Assembly: GCA_000002435.2 (NCBI GenBank)
Contig: CM018792.1
Length of the DNA: 64,000 nt
Direction: 5' to 3' (one strand)
Source of the DNA: Giardia intestinalis
Taxonomy: Eukaryota
Numbering within the stretch: position 1 is the stretch's first letter; every line of letters starts with the position of its first letter. The translations under genes were made by a program, and so were the position numbers. A model generated the notes under the pieces. It was not told the DNA's origin. It saw only the letters and a program-made list of their open reading frames with translations, and ran no database searches. Of the stretch, positions 17,958 to 28,863 are shown in pieces.

Positions 17958-20024
17958 TTGTTTATGAGCAAGGGATCTGAGAAGGGTGACACGCCAGCGA
18001 TAGCCATTGCTAAAATGCGTGAAGAAAGCTGTGATCCGACACTATTTGGAGTTTATGACGGGTATAGGGATATCATAGTGATCAAGTATGATCCAGAGAG
18101 TGAGACTCTCGTTAACTTCACAATAGATGAGCTACGCACCATTAGAATGCCTCAGTACAGAAGTATCCTTCTCAGGTATGAAAACATACCCATCACTAAT
18201 GTCCACTTTGGAACTGTGGTACGAAAATGCAGTGACCTATCTCTTGATGACTTGACGGCCTCTCCTGTTACTCCAGAGCTCTGCACGAAAATATTCATTG
18301 ATCCAGAAACTAAAGCCCTTCCACCAATTCTAATTTATATCCCAACATGGGCTACGCAATCAGACACACCCGACTCTTCTAGTTCACTTCCGATTAATGC
18401 CCACATTATTTCTGCATTGTTAGAGAACTCTCCAATTGTCGCTATCTGCAAATCGTTTACTAATATAGAACAGTTTAACATTCAAACCAATTTCAAGAAA
18501 TCTGTTCCGCAGATCTCTGATACACCTGGAGCAAGGCCAGATCCTGCCTCTGGAGAACAGATCTATAAGCTGATGAATTATCAATCACATGTTGGATACT
18601 TTGCTACATGGATAGTGGAGCGTTGCCCTGCAGTTAAAAAGCACCGCTTAACAGAAAAGGCGGCCGAGGTAAAAGATCTTTTGAATAAGATATATAAGAA
18701 ATGGAACACAAAGCAGCTAGCCTTAAACACCAGAAAATACGATGACTACGTCTATGATGAACTTTACAAGCTCCTCTGGACAAGCAGGAAGCGCCCTCAA
18801 CCTTTAAAGATAGCTGCCCCTAACTTGGCACACCGTCAACTTCGGCGTGTAGTTGAGATAGTATCTGCGGTGGAGGAAGCCGCTGGAAGCACCAATCTAC
18901 GAGGCATTACTGAAGCAAACTTACGAGACAATCTTTATCAGTTTTCCTTTAGGCCGTCGTCCATACTAGATATTGGGTGTGCAGATGGCTATATACTAGA
19001 GGCGTTGGGGAAGGCATATGGTTTGAAGAAAGAACAAATTGTTGGGATGGACATAAGACCCCCGCAGTCACAGGAGATTGTATTTAATGAGCGCAGTGCT
19101 TTGGACTCCTCTGCATTTGAACCAGAGTCGTTTGATCTTATAACTATATCCATGACGCTCCATCATATAGCACGTTGGAAGACAGTCTTACGAAACGCTC
19201 GGTCTTGGATTAAGCCCAATGGCTACGTTTTTGTTCGTGAACATGATGCAACGTCAAACGCCGACAGGCTTCTGCTGGATATTCATGACGGCGCCTTCAA
19301 CGGCTCTATTTGGGAAAACCCTGAGCAAACTTGGGAGAGCTTCGTAGCTTTTGCAAGGAGCTACTTCTTTGGGTATGCGACCCTGTGCTTGAGCGCTGCG
19401 ATTGCTGGCCTCAAGCTATCCTGTGCCCGATGGGATATCGCAGATATGGTTAATTGGAAAACACATGGAATGATCTACACAGCTGTGTTTATAACAACCA
19501 ATGAGCCAGTGATCCCACCCGTCTCTGGCACACCCCAGGAAATCGAGAAGCACGCATTAGCATGTATTGATATCATCTTCAATGTGCTTGATCCCATTAC
19601 ACATCCTGATGCACTCAAGCCAGGGACATTCACTGTAATTGCAGAGGAGACATCTTTTATTGCACCTCAGCTGCCCCCACTGATTACTACCATAGCTCCT
19701 AATTTAATATATGTTCCCTTTGAACCTTCATCAGCTTTGTCGGGACAACCCTTTATTGTCATTTTGGAGGCATCCACAGCAAAGCACTATGAGGAAGTCT
19801 TCCAAGGCGACACAGACAAACTACCAAAGTATGTTGCCATTTACAGGACCAGAGAGAAGATGGACGCTCATAAGGGCGCATCGCTAGTAATAGAAAAGGT
19901 AATTGGAAGTGCTGGATACAAATTAGTTAGCAACGGACTCACGTGTCACCCAGACTTTGCTGTAGCATGCTTTTCAAGGACCTCTGAAGCTGTATCTGAC
20001 AAGATAAAGGTTCTAAAATATTAG
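17958..20024 (+). CDS. hypothetical protein with class I SAM-dependent methyltransferase domain
   Basis: Motif I ILDIGCADGYILEALG followed by ...DLITISMTLHHI...IKPNGYVFVREHD, typical of Methyltransf_11/12-like folds. 688 aa. Confidence 0.55.
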   Translation: MFMSKGSEKGDTPAIAIAKMREESCDPTLFGVYDGYRDIIVIKYDPESETLVNFTIDELRTIRMPQYRSILLRYENIPITNVHFGTVVRKCSDLSLDDLTASPVTPELCTKIFIDPETKALPPILIYIPTWATQSDTPDSSSSLPINAHIISALLENSPIVAICKSFTNIEQFNIQTNFKKSVPQISDTPGARPDPASGEQIYKLMNYQSHVGYFATWIVERCPAVKKHRLTEKAAEVKDLLNKIYKKWNTKQLALNTRKYDDYVYDELYKLLWTSRKRPQPLKIAAPNLAHRQLRRVVEIVSAVEEAAGSTNLRGITEANLRDNLYQFSFRPSSILDIGCADGYILEALGKAYGLKKEQIVGMDIRPPQSQEIVFNERSALDSSAFEPESFDLITISMTLHHIARWKTVLRNARSWIKPNGYVFVREHDATSNADRLLLDIHDGAFNGSIWENPEQTWESFVAFARSYFFGYATLCLSAAIAGLKLSCARWDIADMVNWKTHGMIYTAVFITTNEPVIPPVSGTPQEIEKHALACIDIIFNVLDPITHPDALKPGTFTVIAEETSFIAPQLPPLITTIAPNLIYVPFEPSSALSGQPFIVILEASTAKHYEEVFQGDTDKLPKYVAIYRTREKMDAHKGASLVIEKVIGSAGYKLVSNGLTCHPDFAVACFSRTSEAVSDKIKVLKY

Positions 20025-20101
20025 CTTTGCATAACTCTTTGTATTTTGCCTGCTGAGCAGCGTGTGAAAAAGAGGTGGGGACAAGAGTAAACCGTCGCTA
20101 C

Positions 20102-20452
20102 TTAGTTTTCTTTCCGTCTACAATCACGATGCTTGCGTATCTTTTCTACACTGCGGCCAACCCATCTACCAAGAAAGGGCTCTGACATCTGGAGTTGTTG
20201 AAAAGCTTTGGCTTGAAGGTCAGCGAAGTAGGCCTCATCCAAATCCCCAAGTCCTCGTTGTCGTCTCCTGCTATTAGCAACGTCCCGCGGCTGCAGCTTT
20301 TCGCCAACCTCTTGCTCAGAGGTTATAGGCACAACCGTAGGCCCATACTCTATTCGGAGATACACGAGCCAAAGCATCATTAGTAGGACTACCACCAGCC
20401 ACACGAGATAGTTGACAGGCCCAGGTACAGGAGGGAAGAGGAGGTTTGCCAT
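20102..20452 (-). CDS. possible small membrane protein (116 aa); may instead be 3' UTR of the upstream MORN gene
   Basis: ORF in track with one clear TM segment (LVWLVVVLLMMLWLVYL). Starts only 17 nt after the MORN stop. Confidence 0.25.
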   Translation of the reverse strand: MANLLFPPVPGPVNYLVWLVVVLLMMLWLVYLRIEYGPTVVPITSEQEVGEKLQPRDVANSRRRQRGLGDLDEAYFADLQAKAFQQLQMSEPFLGRWVGRSVEKIRKHRDCRRKEN

Positions 20453-20469
20453 AGAAACACTTTATCAAT

Positions 20470-21318
20470 TTACGCATTTATCGGAACGGGAAGACCTCTC
20501 GGGACCCACTTCAGCTTTAGTGTTCGTAGAGGCTCCATCTTCGGAAGTACCATCTTGATTGTTTTACGCTTACGCTTAGGGGGAAGGAGATTCTGCAAGT
20601 TTCGATCAGTGGCCATGTCCTCCTTCTTCTCCTCCCCAGCCTCTTCGTCAGCCTCTTCTTCAATGGACTTTTCTGGGTCCTCTATTTGCTCTTCTTCCGC
20701 CTCTTCCTTTTCCTCTGCCTCTTCATCGATGCCCTCGTCGTCGACCTCTTTGGGTGGAGGGTTTATCTCAATGTACGAGCCATCCTGCTTCCATCCATTC
20801 ACTATCCACGCTCCCTTACCAAAAGGTTGGTTCAGGCGAAACTCACCTTCATACTTAGATCCGTCCCGCAGAATCATCTCGCCGAAGACTATCCGCCCGT
20901 ATTCAAACTGACCCTTAACTTTGACATCGCATGATTTATAATAATACTCACCCTTTCCGTGTGGGAGACCATTGTGGAATTCCCCTGAATAATAATCCAA
21001 GTTTGGATAGGTGATCTTTCCATTTCCTTCACGCTTGCTGTCTACCCAATTGCCTTCATAGACGGTTCCGTTGGTGTAGTTCATTGTCCCATACCCATTT
21101 CTGGCACCATTCTTGTATTCACCTTTATACTTTACGCCTAGATACGCCCAGCGGTATGTTCCATTGCCATTGCGGAGGCCATTCTCATAATCGCCTACGT
21201 AGACATCTTTGTTTGGGAATACACACCTTCCTCGGCCATGACGCTCACCCAACTCGTTCCGAGGGCCTGTATATGTCCCTATATTCAAGATGGGCTGCTC
21301 AGATTCGTCGTCGGACAT
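20470..21318 (-). CDS. MORN-repeat protein with acidic C-terminal tail
   Basis: Repeated Y.G....G..NG.G units (YVGDYENGLRNGNGTYRW, YKGEYKNGARNGYGTMNY, YEGNWVDSKREGNGKITY, YSGEFHNGLPHGKGEYYY). Glu-rich tail. Confidence 0.8.
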   Translation of the reverse strand: MSDDESEQPILNIGTYTGPRNELGERHGRGRCVFPNKDVYVGDYENGLRNGNGTYRWAYLGVKYKGEYKNGARNGYGTMNYTNGTVYEGNWVDSKREGNGKITYPNLDYYSGEFHNGLPHGKGEYYYKSCDVKVKGQFEYGRIVFGEMILRDGSKYEGEFRLNQPFGKGAWIVNGWKQDGSYIEINPPPKEVDDEGIDEEAEEKEEAEEEQIEDPEKSIEEEADEEAGEEKKEDMATDRNLQNLLPPKRKRKTIKMVLPKMEPLRTLKLKWVPRGLPVPINA

Positions 21319-21391
21319 TTTTAGAAATTCAAGTTATCAATTTTTAACTAAATCGGAGTGCTGTAGGGTAATGAGGGGCGGATCGCCTTCC

Positions 21392-23296
21392 TTAACACGT
21401 GAGATCCTTGAGTATACCAAAAAGCACATCTGTACATTGCTGGCATACGGGATAAAGCTTATAGATAAAGTAGTCTTCGTCTAGTCGCTTCAAGAACGCT
21501 TGGGCGTCAAATTCAGGTATGCCGCAGCGCCGAAGGAGATGTACAGGAACGCATGATGAAATTGTTATACTTGTCATGACAAAGAAGTTTTGCAATTTGT
21601 CGAAGGATAGAAGCACGTCATCGCGGGTCTTATGTACACTGAAAAATAAATCTATTAAGCGATCTTTGTTTGCCATCAGGTCCATACTGATTTGACTACC
21701 TGGTAAGGATGCCGGCTCAATGGATGATTTTGATAATAACGTGCTTATCGTTATAAGAAGAGCGTCTCGGTATTTAAAAACGGTCTTATCATTAGTTAGA
21801 ATGTAATGTAATAGACGATACAGATTGGCAATTGACGTTTCAGAATATAATGCAGAGAATACTTGGTACTTATTGGATATATGTGCAAACGGCTCACTAA
21901 GCAGGACCTTGAACGGGAGGCGATGGGCACATCGTGGAGCCTGACAGCGCACACATGGTCTGTTAATCGCGATCTCAGGAACGTGCAGAGAGACTTCCTC
22001 TGCATGCTCTAGAGTTTTTGCAAAAGAACAAGCCACTTCCGATATGAACTTGTATGCTTTGCTCTGCATCCTGGTCCCAATATCTTTGTTAATACACTTC
22101 AATATGTGCCGTACAGCATCTGTGCGTTGCAGATTGACACGCGCTTCGCCATCCTGCACCTCATATCCCAAATTAGAGACCCTTTCGTAGACGTCACGAT
22201 ATTCTGCAGGCGTTTGTTGAGCAATCAGCGGATTGGTGATTGCAATATAAACCTTTTTCAATAGATCATAATGTAGAATAAGTGGAGGCCGGAACTCTCG
22301 CCTCACCCTTTGCTGCCATTGTAGATAAAGATCTGCATCAATATTCTTACCGCCTATAACTATCTCTTCGCCTAATACCAACGAAAGCTCTGTAGTTCCC
22401 CTGTGAGAAGTAAAAGGGTGCAAGTATACTACCAGTCTATCAACTGTCTTCTTTTGCTTTTGTGCAGAAATGTGTATTGCCAAATGAGTGAGGACAGTAT
22501 TTATCTTATATAGGAGAGACACGGGGACAGTCACCATTTGGAAGGCACCACTCATAAAGAATGTGCAGCAACGTACATCTGGAGAGTACCGATACCCATC
22601 GAAATTTGCTTTGCTTTTGCGAGCCTCTACGCAGCTACTCTCTGGGCTCCAAAGTACTCGAATCAAGGAGTAGCTCTGTTCTGTAGTCCCATAGTCTCTG
22701 TTTCCACGTCGCTTCTGTGCTTCTGTTTCATTGGGCTTTGTGATAAGCGAAGAGGTTGGTCGTGGCAGATTTTGGCAATCTCTTTGTTGAGACTTATCAG
22801 CTAAGTTACTAATCTGTGATTCCTTGAAAGATTCGCGAGAAGGACAGCTGACTGCGGAGCTTATTTGTCGACGCGAATGTCTCCGTCCGAAAGGCCAAGA
22901 CCGAGTCAGGCTCTGAATTATACCCGTAAAGTAGTAATTCTTCAAGTCCAGGAGAAGAACCTCAAGCTGTGCTGGTGCAAGATAGCGTACAGTATAGTGT
23001 ACATCTAAACTGGGACTCAGGTCTATATATGCCACTAGTGCGCACACGGCCTCTGGATGCACTCCAGATGCAAATGCGTTCAGAATGTTCTTATTTGTTA
23101 TATTAGCCTTATTTTTTCGTAGGATTGTTCCGTCCTCAGAAGACGTAAAGTACCAATTCTTGATGATTGAATCTTCAACTAAAAGCGTATCTGGCAAGAA
23201 TAAAGACGTCAGGCCATATTCTGTACTGTCATCGCTTTCTTCGGGGATTTTTTGCCACATGAGGTCATAGAGTTGGTGAGATATGAGAGGATGCAT
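21392..23296 (-). CDS. hypothetical protein (634 aa)
   Basis: Long non-repetitive ORF, protein-like composition, no motif recognised. Confidence 0.5.
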   Translation of the reverse strand: MHPLISHQLYDLMWQKIPEESDDSTEYGLTSLFLPDTLLVEDSIIKNWYFTSSEDGTILRKNKANITNKNILNAFASGVHPEAVCALVAYIDLSPSLDVHYTVRYLAPAQLEVLLLDLKNYYFTGIIQSLTRSWPFGRRHSRRQISSAVSCPSRESFKESQISNLADKSQQRDCQNLPRPTSSLITKPNETEAQKRRGNRDYGTTEQSYSLIRVLWSPESSCVEARKSKANFDGYRYSPDVRCCTFFMSGAFQMVTVPVSLLYKINTVLTHLAIHISAQKQKKTVDRLVVYLHPFTSHRGTTELSLVLGEEIVIGGKNIDADLYLQWQQRVRREFRPPLILHYDLLKKVYIAITNPLIAQQTPAEYRDVYERVSNLGYEVQDGEARVNLQRTDAVRHILKCINKDIGTRMQSKAYKFISEVACSFAKTLEHAEEVSLHVPEIAINRPCVRCQAPRCAHRLPFKVLLSEPFAHISNKYQVFSALYSETSIANLYRLLHYILTNDKTVFKYRDALLITISTLLSKSSIEPASLPGSQISMDLMANKDRLIDLFFSVHKTRDDVLLSFDKLQNFFVMTSITISSCVPVHLLRRCGIPEFDAQAFLKRLDEDYFIYKLYPVCQQCTDVLFGILKDLTC

Positions 23297-23316
23297 CTAT
23301 AAAAATTTAGATTTCA

Positions 23317-26040
23317 ATGTCACAGCGAAAACTTCAACGAACTAGGCCCTTGTTAAAGCCAGCCAACAAAGATCTTGGTCTTGCTGATGTTAACCAACCT
23401 GCACAGCGGGCTGTTAGCTCTAAAACTCGAAGTTCTTCAAATAGCCGCGCGACATCTGCTTTACGAACTGGCCCTCAGCGGGCCTCTACAGCCTCTCACA
23501 GTGCCCCGAAATCCCGAAACTCAATTCAAAGTGCTAGAGGAGCGGCGCAGGAAAAGGATTTTACTAAACCGACAAAGTCTGCCAAAGCGCCAACCAGTAT
23601 AGCGGATCGGCCTGCATTTAATTTAGATCTAGGAGGACCTCCAGCATCAAGTCATAGTCGCACCGGCTTGCGAGCCCCGGCGAAATCGTCAATTAATGTA
23701 CATGCGTACACCACAAAGGAGCGTGCTGAGCTTTTTGCTCGATCACGGGCTACGCAAAGCGTCAAGAAGCCACAAGAAGCATCGGCTCCGTCTCATCATA
23801 AGCAATCTGTGGCTAATGCATACAAAGCGAAGGCACATGTCAATGCTGCTCTTGATGATACTACAACCCTTAGTGACCATAGCTTTATTGGACGGTCGTC
23901 CTCAAATATAAGCCACTCAAATCCGTTCAGGTCGCACTCTGAGCAAGCACGGTCCATGCTATCAGCATCTGATCTTACATCAAGTGTAGGTAGTAGTAGC
24001 AGTGGAACTATACGCTCAACTTCAAAGACTGCTGATATGTCGAGGCAAAACAAAGATATTAGGGCAGCTATAAATGCTGTTACCGATGTCACATACAAAA
24101 GTGGCATCGATTTGGCCACATTTGATGATAAATCCTTTGACAACTACTCAACTGCTCGGAAACTCAAGAGCGCAAAGACAAAGGAAGAACAGCAAAAGAT
24201 CCGACAGCATCAGATCTCAGAGCTCATTGGAGATATGGCGCATTACAAAGCCAGAATAGCTTCTCCTGCAGACATACGTTCTCCGTTTACAAAGTTCGGA
24301 ACAACGAAGCAAACAGCAGCCATAAAAGCAGCCACCGATGCCTTGGAAAAGATTATCAACCCAAAGCGACCAGTATTTGTAGAGCCCCAGCCGCATAAAG
24401 CTTCCAAGTATTCTGAACATCCAAGCAGCTGCGTCGTGGAGACAGAGCAAAAGCAATACCCAATCAAGTGTTCGCTCTGCGGGTTATTTCTAGGCATGGC
24501 TACTGATGCTATTGACCAGGGTCCCACTTACTGTGCACAATGTGCAGAGCAAATGCGTGCTAACCTAAACTCAGAGAAAAAACCGTTACAGTATAAGATG
24601 CTCATTAGTCCAGGAACAATTAATAAGCACAAGACCTCAGTGCCAGCCACAGCAAGTTCGCCAACGGTTGTCGAGACAATGGTAGTCACTCAAAGTAAGA
24701 GTCCTCCTCTTCCAGAGCCTTTAACTAAGACACAAGCTCCCATTTCCCCACCTATATATAGTGTACAAAATGTTCCTAGAAAGTCTGGGGTAAAGCAACC
24801 ACAGATCATCGGAACGTCTGGTGGTGCTCCTCTTATTACATCTGTGGCTAGCGATTTTCAACTAGCTTTTCAACCGCCCGTACCAGAGAAGTGGGAACCA
24901 CTAGACACTGTTCAACACCTCCCTCAGCAAAATTCACGCACTGTTATTCAAGTTGTTGATAAAGAAGATTCTATCGGACGAACCCCAATATATGCTCCAT
25001 TTGATGAGTGTAGCATTGTACCTGCTGTTCCTATTGATGCAGCATCTAAATCCAGGAAAGATGGCAGTGAAAGCGTTGCAATCAATACCAAGCCAATTAC
25101 ACGAAATGTCGGCATATCTCACCTCGAGAAAAATACACAGGCACATAAGCATGCCCTGTCCCCACATCAACGACTGAGTGACGAAGAGATAGAAGATCTT
25201 ATTATTCAGCGTATAGCTGAGTTACACAAGAGCGTCCATCACAGACCATCTTCTGTCTGTACAATGAGTACACCGGACACCTACTCATCCTCCACCACTT
25301 CTTGTTCATCTTCTCAAGAAGAAGAGGACATAAACAATCATGGGGGTAGAAGTCATAGAAGAGCACGGAGACACCAATCTCGGAAACACAAGCATAGACA
25401 TCATAGATATAACAGGGATAAGGACAAGGAGTCCCAGAAGATAGCATATAAAAACGGGGAACAGATAATTCTTGAGAAGGTTAAGTGCCCATGTTGTGAT
25501 GATATTATTGAAATGCGCATACTGAACGATTGTATAGATGGAGTACCGAGTCATAAAGAAAAGCATGTCCATAGAAAAAAGCGATCCCACAGATCCCATC
25601 AGTGTTGTGCTAACGAACAAAACGCAATGAATATGCACGCATGTCTTTCGCTTCTAACAAAGCAGATACATGACGTTCGCTCCAAGAGTGCGGGACGTCT
25701 GGGGCAGCCCATTAGTGAGCCAGCAAACACTGAGTCAACAGAAGATGCACGGAGAAGGGACCGCTTGGCCTTGCTACAGAGGCTTGATGATCGGTTAGCA
25801 AGTATTCAGGCCATGTCTGGTGCATTGTCGCTCGGTGTTCGATGCTCGAGTGTAGGGAATCAACATGTGCATTCTGCATATACTGTACTGGAGCCAGAGC
25901 AGAACTTGACACCGCTGAACGTCGGTGATGAAGGGAATCGCGTTGCTGTTAGTACTGAGAGAACATCGGCTGCCTCCGCATACGGCCTTGATAATCTGTT
26001 TGAGCTACAGATGCCAGAGACGTGCCAGATAGGGTACTAA
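23317..26040 (+). CDS. hypothetical Ser/Thr-rich low-complexity protein (907 aa) with a small Cys cluster
   Basis: Long ORF. Ser-rich N-terminal half. CSLCGLF...YCAQCAE Cys4-like cluster. His/Arg/Lys-rich stretch near the C-terminus. Confidence 0.5.
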   Translation: MSQRKLQRTRPLLKPANKDLGLADVNQPAQRAVSSKTRSSSNSRATSALRTGPQRASTASHSAPKSRNSIQSARGAAQEKDFTKPTKSAKAPTSIADRPAFNLDLGGPPASSHSRTGLRAPAKSSINVHAYTTKERAELFARSRATQSVKKPQEASAPSHHKQSVANAYKAKAHVNAALDDTTTLSDHSFIGRSSSNISHSNPFRSHSEQARSMLSASDLTSSVGSSSSGTIRSTSKTADMSRQNKDIRAAINAVTDVTYKSGIDLATFDDKSFDNYSTARKLKSAKTKEEQQKIRQHQISELIGDMAHYKARIASPADIRSPFTKFGTTKQTAAIKAATDALEKIINPKRPVFVEPQPHKASKYSEHPSSCVVETEQKQYPIKCSLCGLFLGMATDAIDQGPTYCAQCAEQMRANLNSEKKPLQYKMLISPGTINKHKTSVPATASSPTVVETMVVTQSKSPPLPEPLTKTQAPISPPIYSVQNVPRKSGVKQPQIIGTSGGAPLITSVASDFQLAFQPPVPEKWEPLDTVQHLPQQNSRTVIQVVDKEDSIGRTPIYAPFDECSIVPAVPIDAASKSRKDGSESVAINTKPITRNVGISHLEKNTQAHKHALSPHQRLSDEEIEDLIIQRIAELHKSVHHRPSSVCTMSTPDTYSSSTTSCSSSQEEEDINNHGGRSHRRARRHQSRKHKHRHHRYNRDKDKESQKIAYKNGEQIILEKVKCPCCDDIIEMRILNDCIDGVPSHKEKHVHRKKRSHRSHQCCANEQNAMNMHACLSLLTKQIHDVRSKSAGRLGQPISEPANTESTEDARRRDRLALLQRLDDRLASIQAMSGALSLGVRCSSVGNQHVHSAYTVLEPEQNLTPLNVGDEGNRVAVSTERTSAASAYGLDNLFELQMPETCQIGY

Positions 26041-26061
26041 GAGAAATGAAAATAAAATAGA

Positions 26062-26544
26062 ATGTCTGAGGGATCCACGGCGAGTGGCGGGCCTAGCCTT
26101 GGGGTCATGATAGGTCTTGTTGTAGGAGTGATGGTCGTTGCCCAAGTAATTATACAGGGTCTAGTCACCTTACGGATGAAGAAGCTTAAGGTATCGTATG
26201 AAGAGGTCAAGGAAGATTCACAGCTGAGCAATACACTATTAGTGGGTACTAACGCAGCAACGTGTTATCACTGCTACAAGTTAGAAATGAATACATGGAG
26301 CGATGCGAAAGTTAAGGCTGCTCTAGCAGAGCACTCAGTCAAACTTATTAGAGCCAAGCTGGCTTGCGTTAACGCATACTGCGCCAAGAACAATATAAAG
26401 CAAGGAAGGGGAATACCGTTCATTGTCCTTATTGGCAAGGACGGAAAGTGCTTGGGAACTGTGGAAGGCTATCGCGAGCCTCGCGTTATGCTAGGCATCA
26501 TTAAGAAATTCTTCCCTTTATCGGAGGAGACAACTGTAAATTAG
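26062..26544 (+). CDS. thioredoxin-fold-like small membrane protein
   Basis: N-terminal TM (MIGLVVGVMVVAQVII). CYHC dithiol motif preceding W...K. ...GIPFIVLIGKDGK resembling the thioredoxin cis-Pro region. Confidence 0.4.
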   Translation: MSEGSTASGGPSLGVMIGLVVGVMVVAQVIIQGLVTLRMKKLKVSYEEVKEDSQLSNTLLVGTNAATCYHCYKLEMNTWSDAKVKAALAEHSVKLIRAKLACVNAYCAKNNIKQGRGIPFIVLIGKDGKCLGTVEGYREPRVMLGIIKKFFPLSEETTVN

Positions 26545-26575
26545 CCTACCCTGTAGCAACTGAACAACCTTTACA

Positions 26576-28108
26576 GTGGGTATGTTCACCTCTGCCCTTA
26601 GTCTAGTCGCCTCGGAGCGTTTGACAAAGAGTACGGTTGAGAGTAGCACACTCCCATGTATTGCCGCTCAAAGTTTGACAACTATAGATATTGCTGTGCT
26701 TAGATTGAGCCCTCTAGATGCAGAAGATGAAGATGTTATGCTCCAATTCGCCCGTTTGGGATATCGCCTATACCTTTCTGGTCTTTTTGTTCACGTGGCA
26801 TCTTCGTGGTCTCTAATTGTTTGGGTCCCTGCTTCTATAGAACAAGACTTTGTAAAGCAACTGAGTGGATACTTTGAAGTCACACCTATTTCGGTACGTC
26901 AGTCTATGCACTGGCTGAAGGGTGCACTAGCTCGCTCTCTCACGTTGCATAATGATCGTATAACTGCTCTAGACTCTGGAGTGCTGTTTGACGATCATGT
27001 TATGAAGCTCGAGCTGAAAGTATCAGAAGAGCTCACTAATGACAAGGAGGTCCGGGTTATAATAGGTTTGCAGCCAAGCCGAGAGAACTGGAGAGCGTGC
27101 TCCCTGACTGATCTAGATTTGGAACTTAGCGATACAGTGTATATTGCACCGTCGCTATCGGGCGTGTCACTCAGCTATATAGAAGAAGAAAGTACGCAGG
27201 ATGAAGACAGTGAGCAGTGGTATTTGGAAGCGTGTCTCCGATGGGGATATAAATTGACTAATAGGCTTCTCAAACTTGCGTTCAGGTCCAGCAATGGAGA
27301 GATGATTGTATCTAGGGTATTCCCGCAAATGATTCTTAAGAAGGAGCAGAACCTATCACCTGAACAGATGCTTCAAAGACATACAGCTGATAGCAAGGCT
27401 GTGGTTCAGCTTCTTGAAGTATGCATAGGGCAATGGAGTCGCTTTTTATTGACCAGCTTGAACACAATAGATGTCAGCAAGTGTCTCCTGTCGAGTAGAC
27501 CTACCAAAATACGCTTCAAATTTGCAAGAGCGGGACCAAGGGAACCAAGCAAGTTACAAGAACAGAGTTCAGAAGCATTGCCAATACCTCATTGTACGGT
27601 ACCCAGAAACAGGTTGCCTAAGATATCATTTTCAGCCTCAAAGGAGAGTTTGCCCGAGCGGTATGAAAGAGTAATAAAGGTAATAACCGGGAAGCCCAGT
27701 CTTAACACCAAAATGAGAGGCTTATTGGATGAGATAAGGCGAGAGTTAGAGTGTGCAAACACTTCCATACCAGAGCCGGTGAAAATGAAGCCGGTGAAGC
27801 CCAATAAGCGACAGGCCTTTTCAAAGTTGGTAGCAAAACTTTCCCCCTCAGATCTGCCCAGAAAAACTCCACAGAGAACTCCTAAGAAACTCAAAACGGT
27901 GACGGGGTCAACTACATCGCCTATTGTAGCCAGTCTCCCAAAGAAATCAGATCGTCGGGTTCGTTTTAATACAACCGTTCTTTTCGTCGACGAGTGGAAC
28001 AAAGTTCACCGCATTAAACTACAACAGCAAGAGGCCGCATCATATCACCAAGAAGATGACTTGCAACAAGATATAGAGTCCGAATTCACTACATCTCTTC
28101 TGTCTTGA
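26576..28108 (+). CDS. hypothetical protein (510 aa)
   Basis: ORF in track. Non-repetitive. Lys/Arg/Pro-rich C-terminal region. Confidence 0.5.
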   Translation: MGMFTSALSLVASERLTKSTVESSTLPCIAAQSLTTIDIAVLRLSPLDAEDEDVMLQFARLGYRLYLSGLFVHVASSWSLIVWVPASIEQDFVKQLSGYFEVTPISVRQSMHWLKGALARSLTLHNDRITALDSGVLFDDHVMKLELKVSEELTNDKEVRVIIGLQPSRENWRACSLTDLDLELSDTVYIAPSLSGVSLSYIEEESTQDEDSEQWYLEACLRWGYKLTNRLLKLAFRSSNGEMIVSRVFPQMILKKEQNLSPEQMLQRHTADSKAVVQLLEVCIGQWSRFLLTSLNTIDVSKCLLSSRPTKIRFKFARAGPREPSKLQEQSSEALPIPHCTVPRNRLPKISFSASKESLPERYERVIKVITGKPSLNTKMRGLLDEIRRELECANTSIPEPVKMKPVKPNKRQAFSKLVAKLSPSDLPRKTPQRTPKKLKTVTGSTTSPIVASLPKKSDRRVRFNTTVLFVDEWNKVHRIKLQQQEAASYHQEDDLQQDIESEFTTSLLS

Positions 28109-28149
28109 CTATAGCGCGGTCTACAGACTCGGGCACCCAAACCTGCCAC

Positions 28150-28602
28150 TTAAGGAGTATACTGTGCTGAATATAACAGTATCCACACTAGAGCAAACGC
28201 AGAGAGGCCACCTGCTAGGTTGTAGTATTTCAAAATGTGCGTAGGAACGTTAGCTGCTTTGGTTATTATAGTCGTGGGGTACATGAGCGCCAGAAATGCA
28301 AATATGATAGGGAGGTAGCCACGTATTCGTAGGGAACCAGCTAGGCATCCGACAGCCGTCCCTATCCACAGGCGCGCCCAGAATATTAAGTTTGCAGCCT
28401 CTTTAGCATCGATGGGGTAATATCCATCTCTATCAACATTGTGATTATACATCCTTACCAGGTGAACTATGCTCATGTGCTTTACGTGTTGTTTAACGTT
28501 CTTAGGTGTAAACATGTGGGTCTTTATTTTATGAAGTGTTTGGTTATTGAAACAAAAAGCTAGATCAGAGTACCTGTGCTTATTACACCACGAGACTATC
28601 AT
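28150..28602 (-). CDS. hypothetical small multi-pass membrane protein (150 aa)
   Basis: Three or four hydrophobic segments (LIFWARLWIGTAVGCLAG, LPIIFAFLALMYPTTII, LSAFALVWILLY). Confidence 0.4.
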   Translation of the reverse strand: MIVSWCNKHRYSDLAFCFNNQTLHKIKTHMFTPKNVKQHVKHMSIVHLVRMYNHNVDRDGYYPIDAKEAANLIFWARLWIGTAVGCLAGSLRIRGYLPIIFAFLALMYPTTIITKAANVPTHILKYYNLAGGLSAFALVWILLYSAQYTP

Positions 28603-28863
28603 TAGATACGCGATTGCTGTTATAAAATATGATGCATCTCAGTTTTCTTTGAGTACATCTTCGAGTTTTAAAAGTATCAATCTTCCTGACTATTCGCCAC
28701 AATAATTTTATAAATAGATCATAGAGTATCTGGTGAGATTAGGGCCATGACCTAGAGATGTCAGCTGCTAGCTTAGCTTGTCCGGTATGTTTATCCACCT
28801 ACTGAGAGAATACTCTAGCATAGGTGTCGTGTAAAGATTGAAGCTTAGATTGCACGCATTATC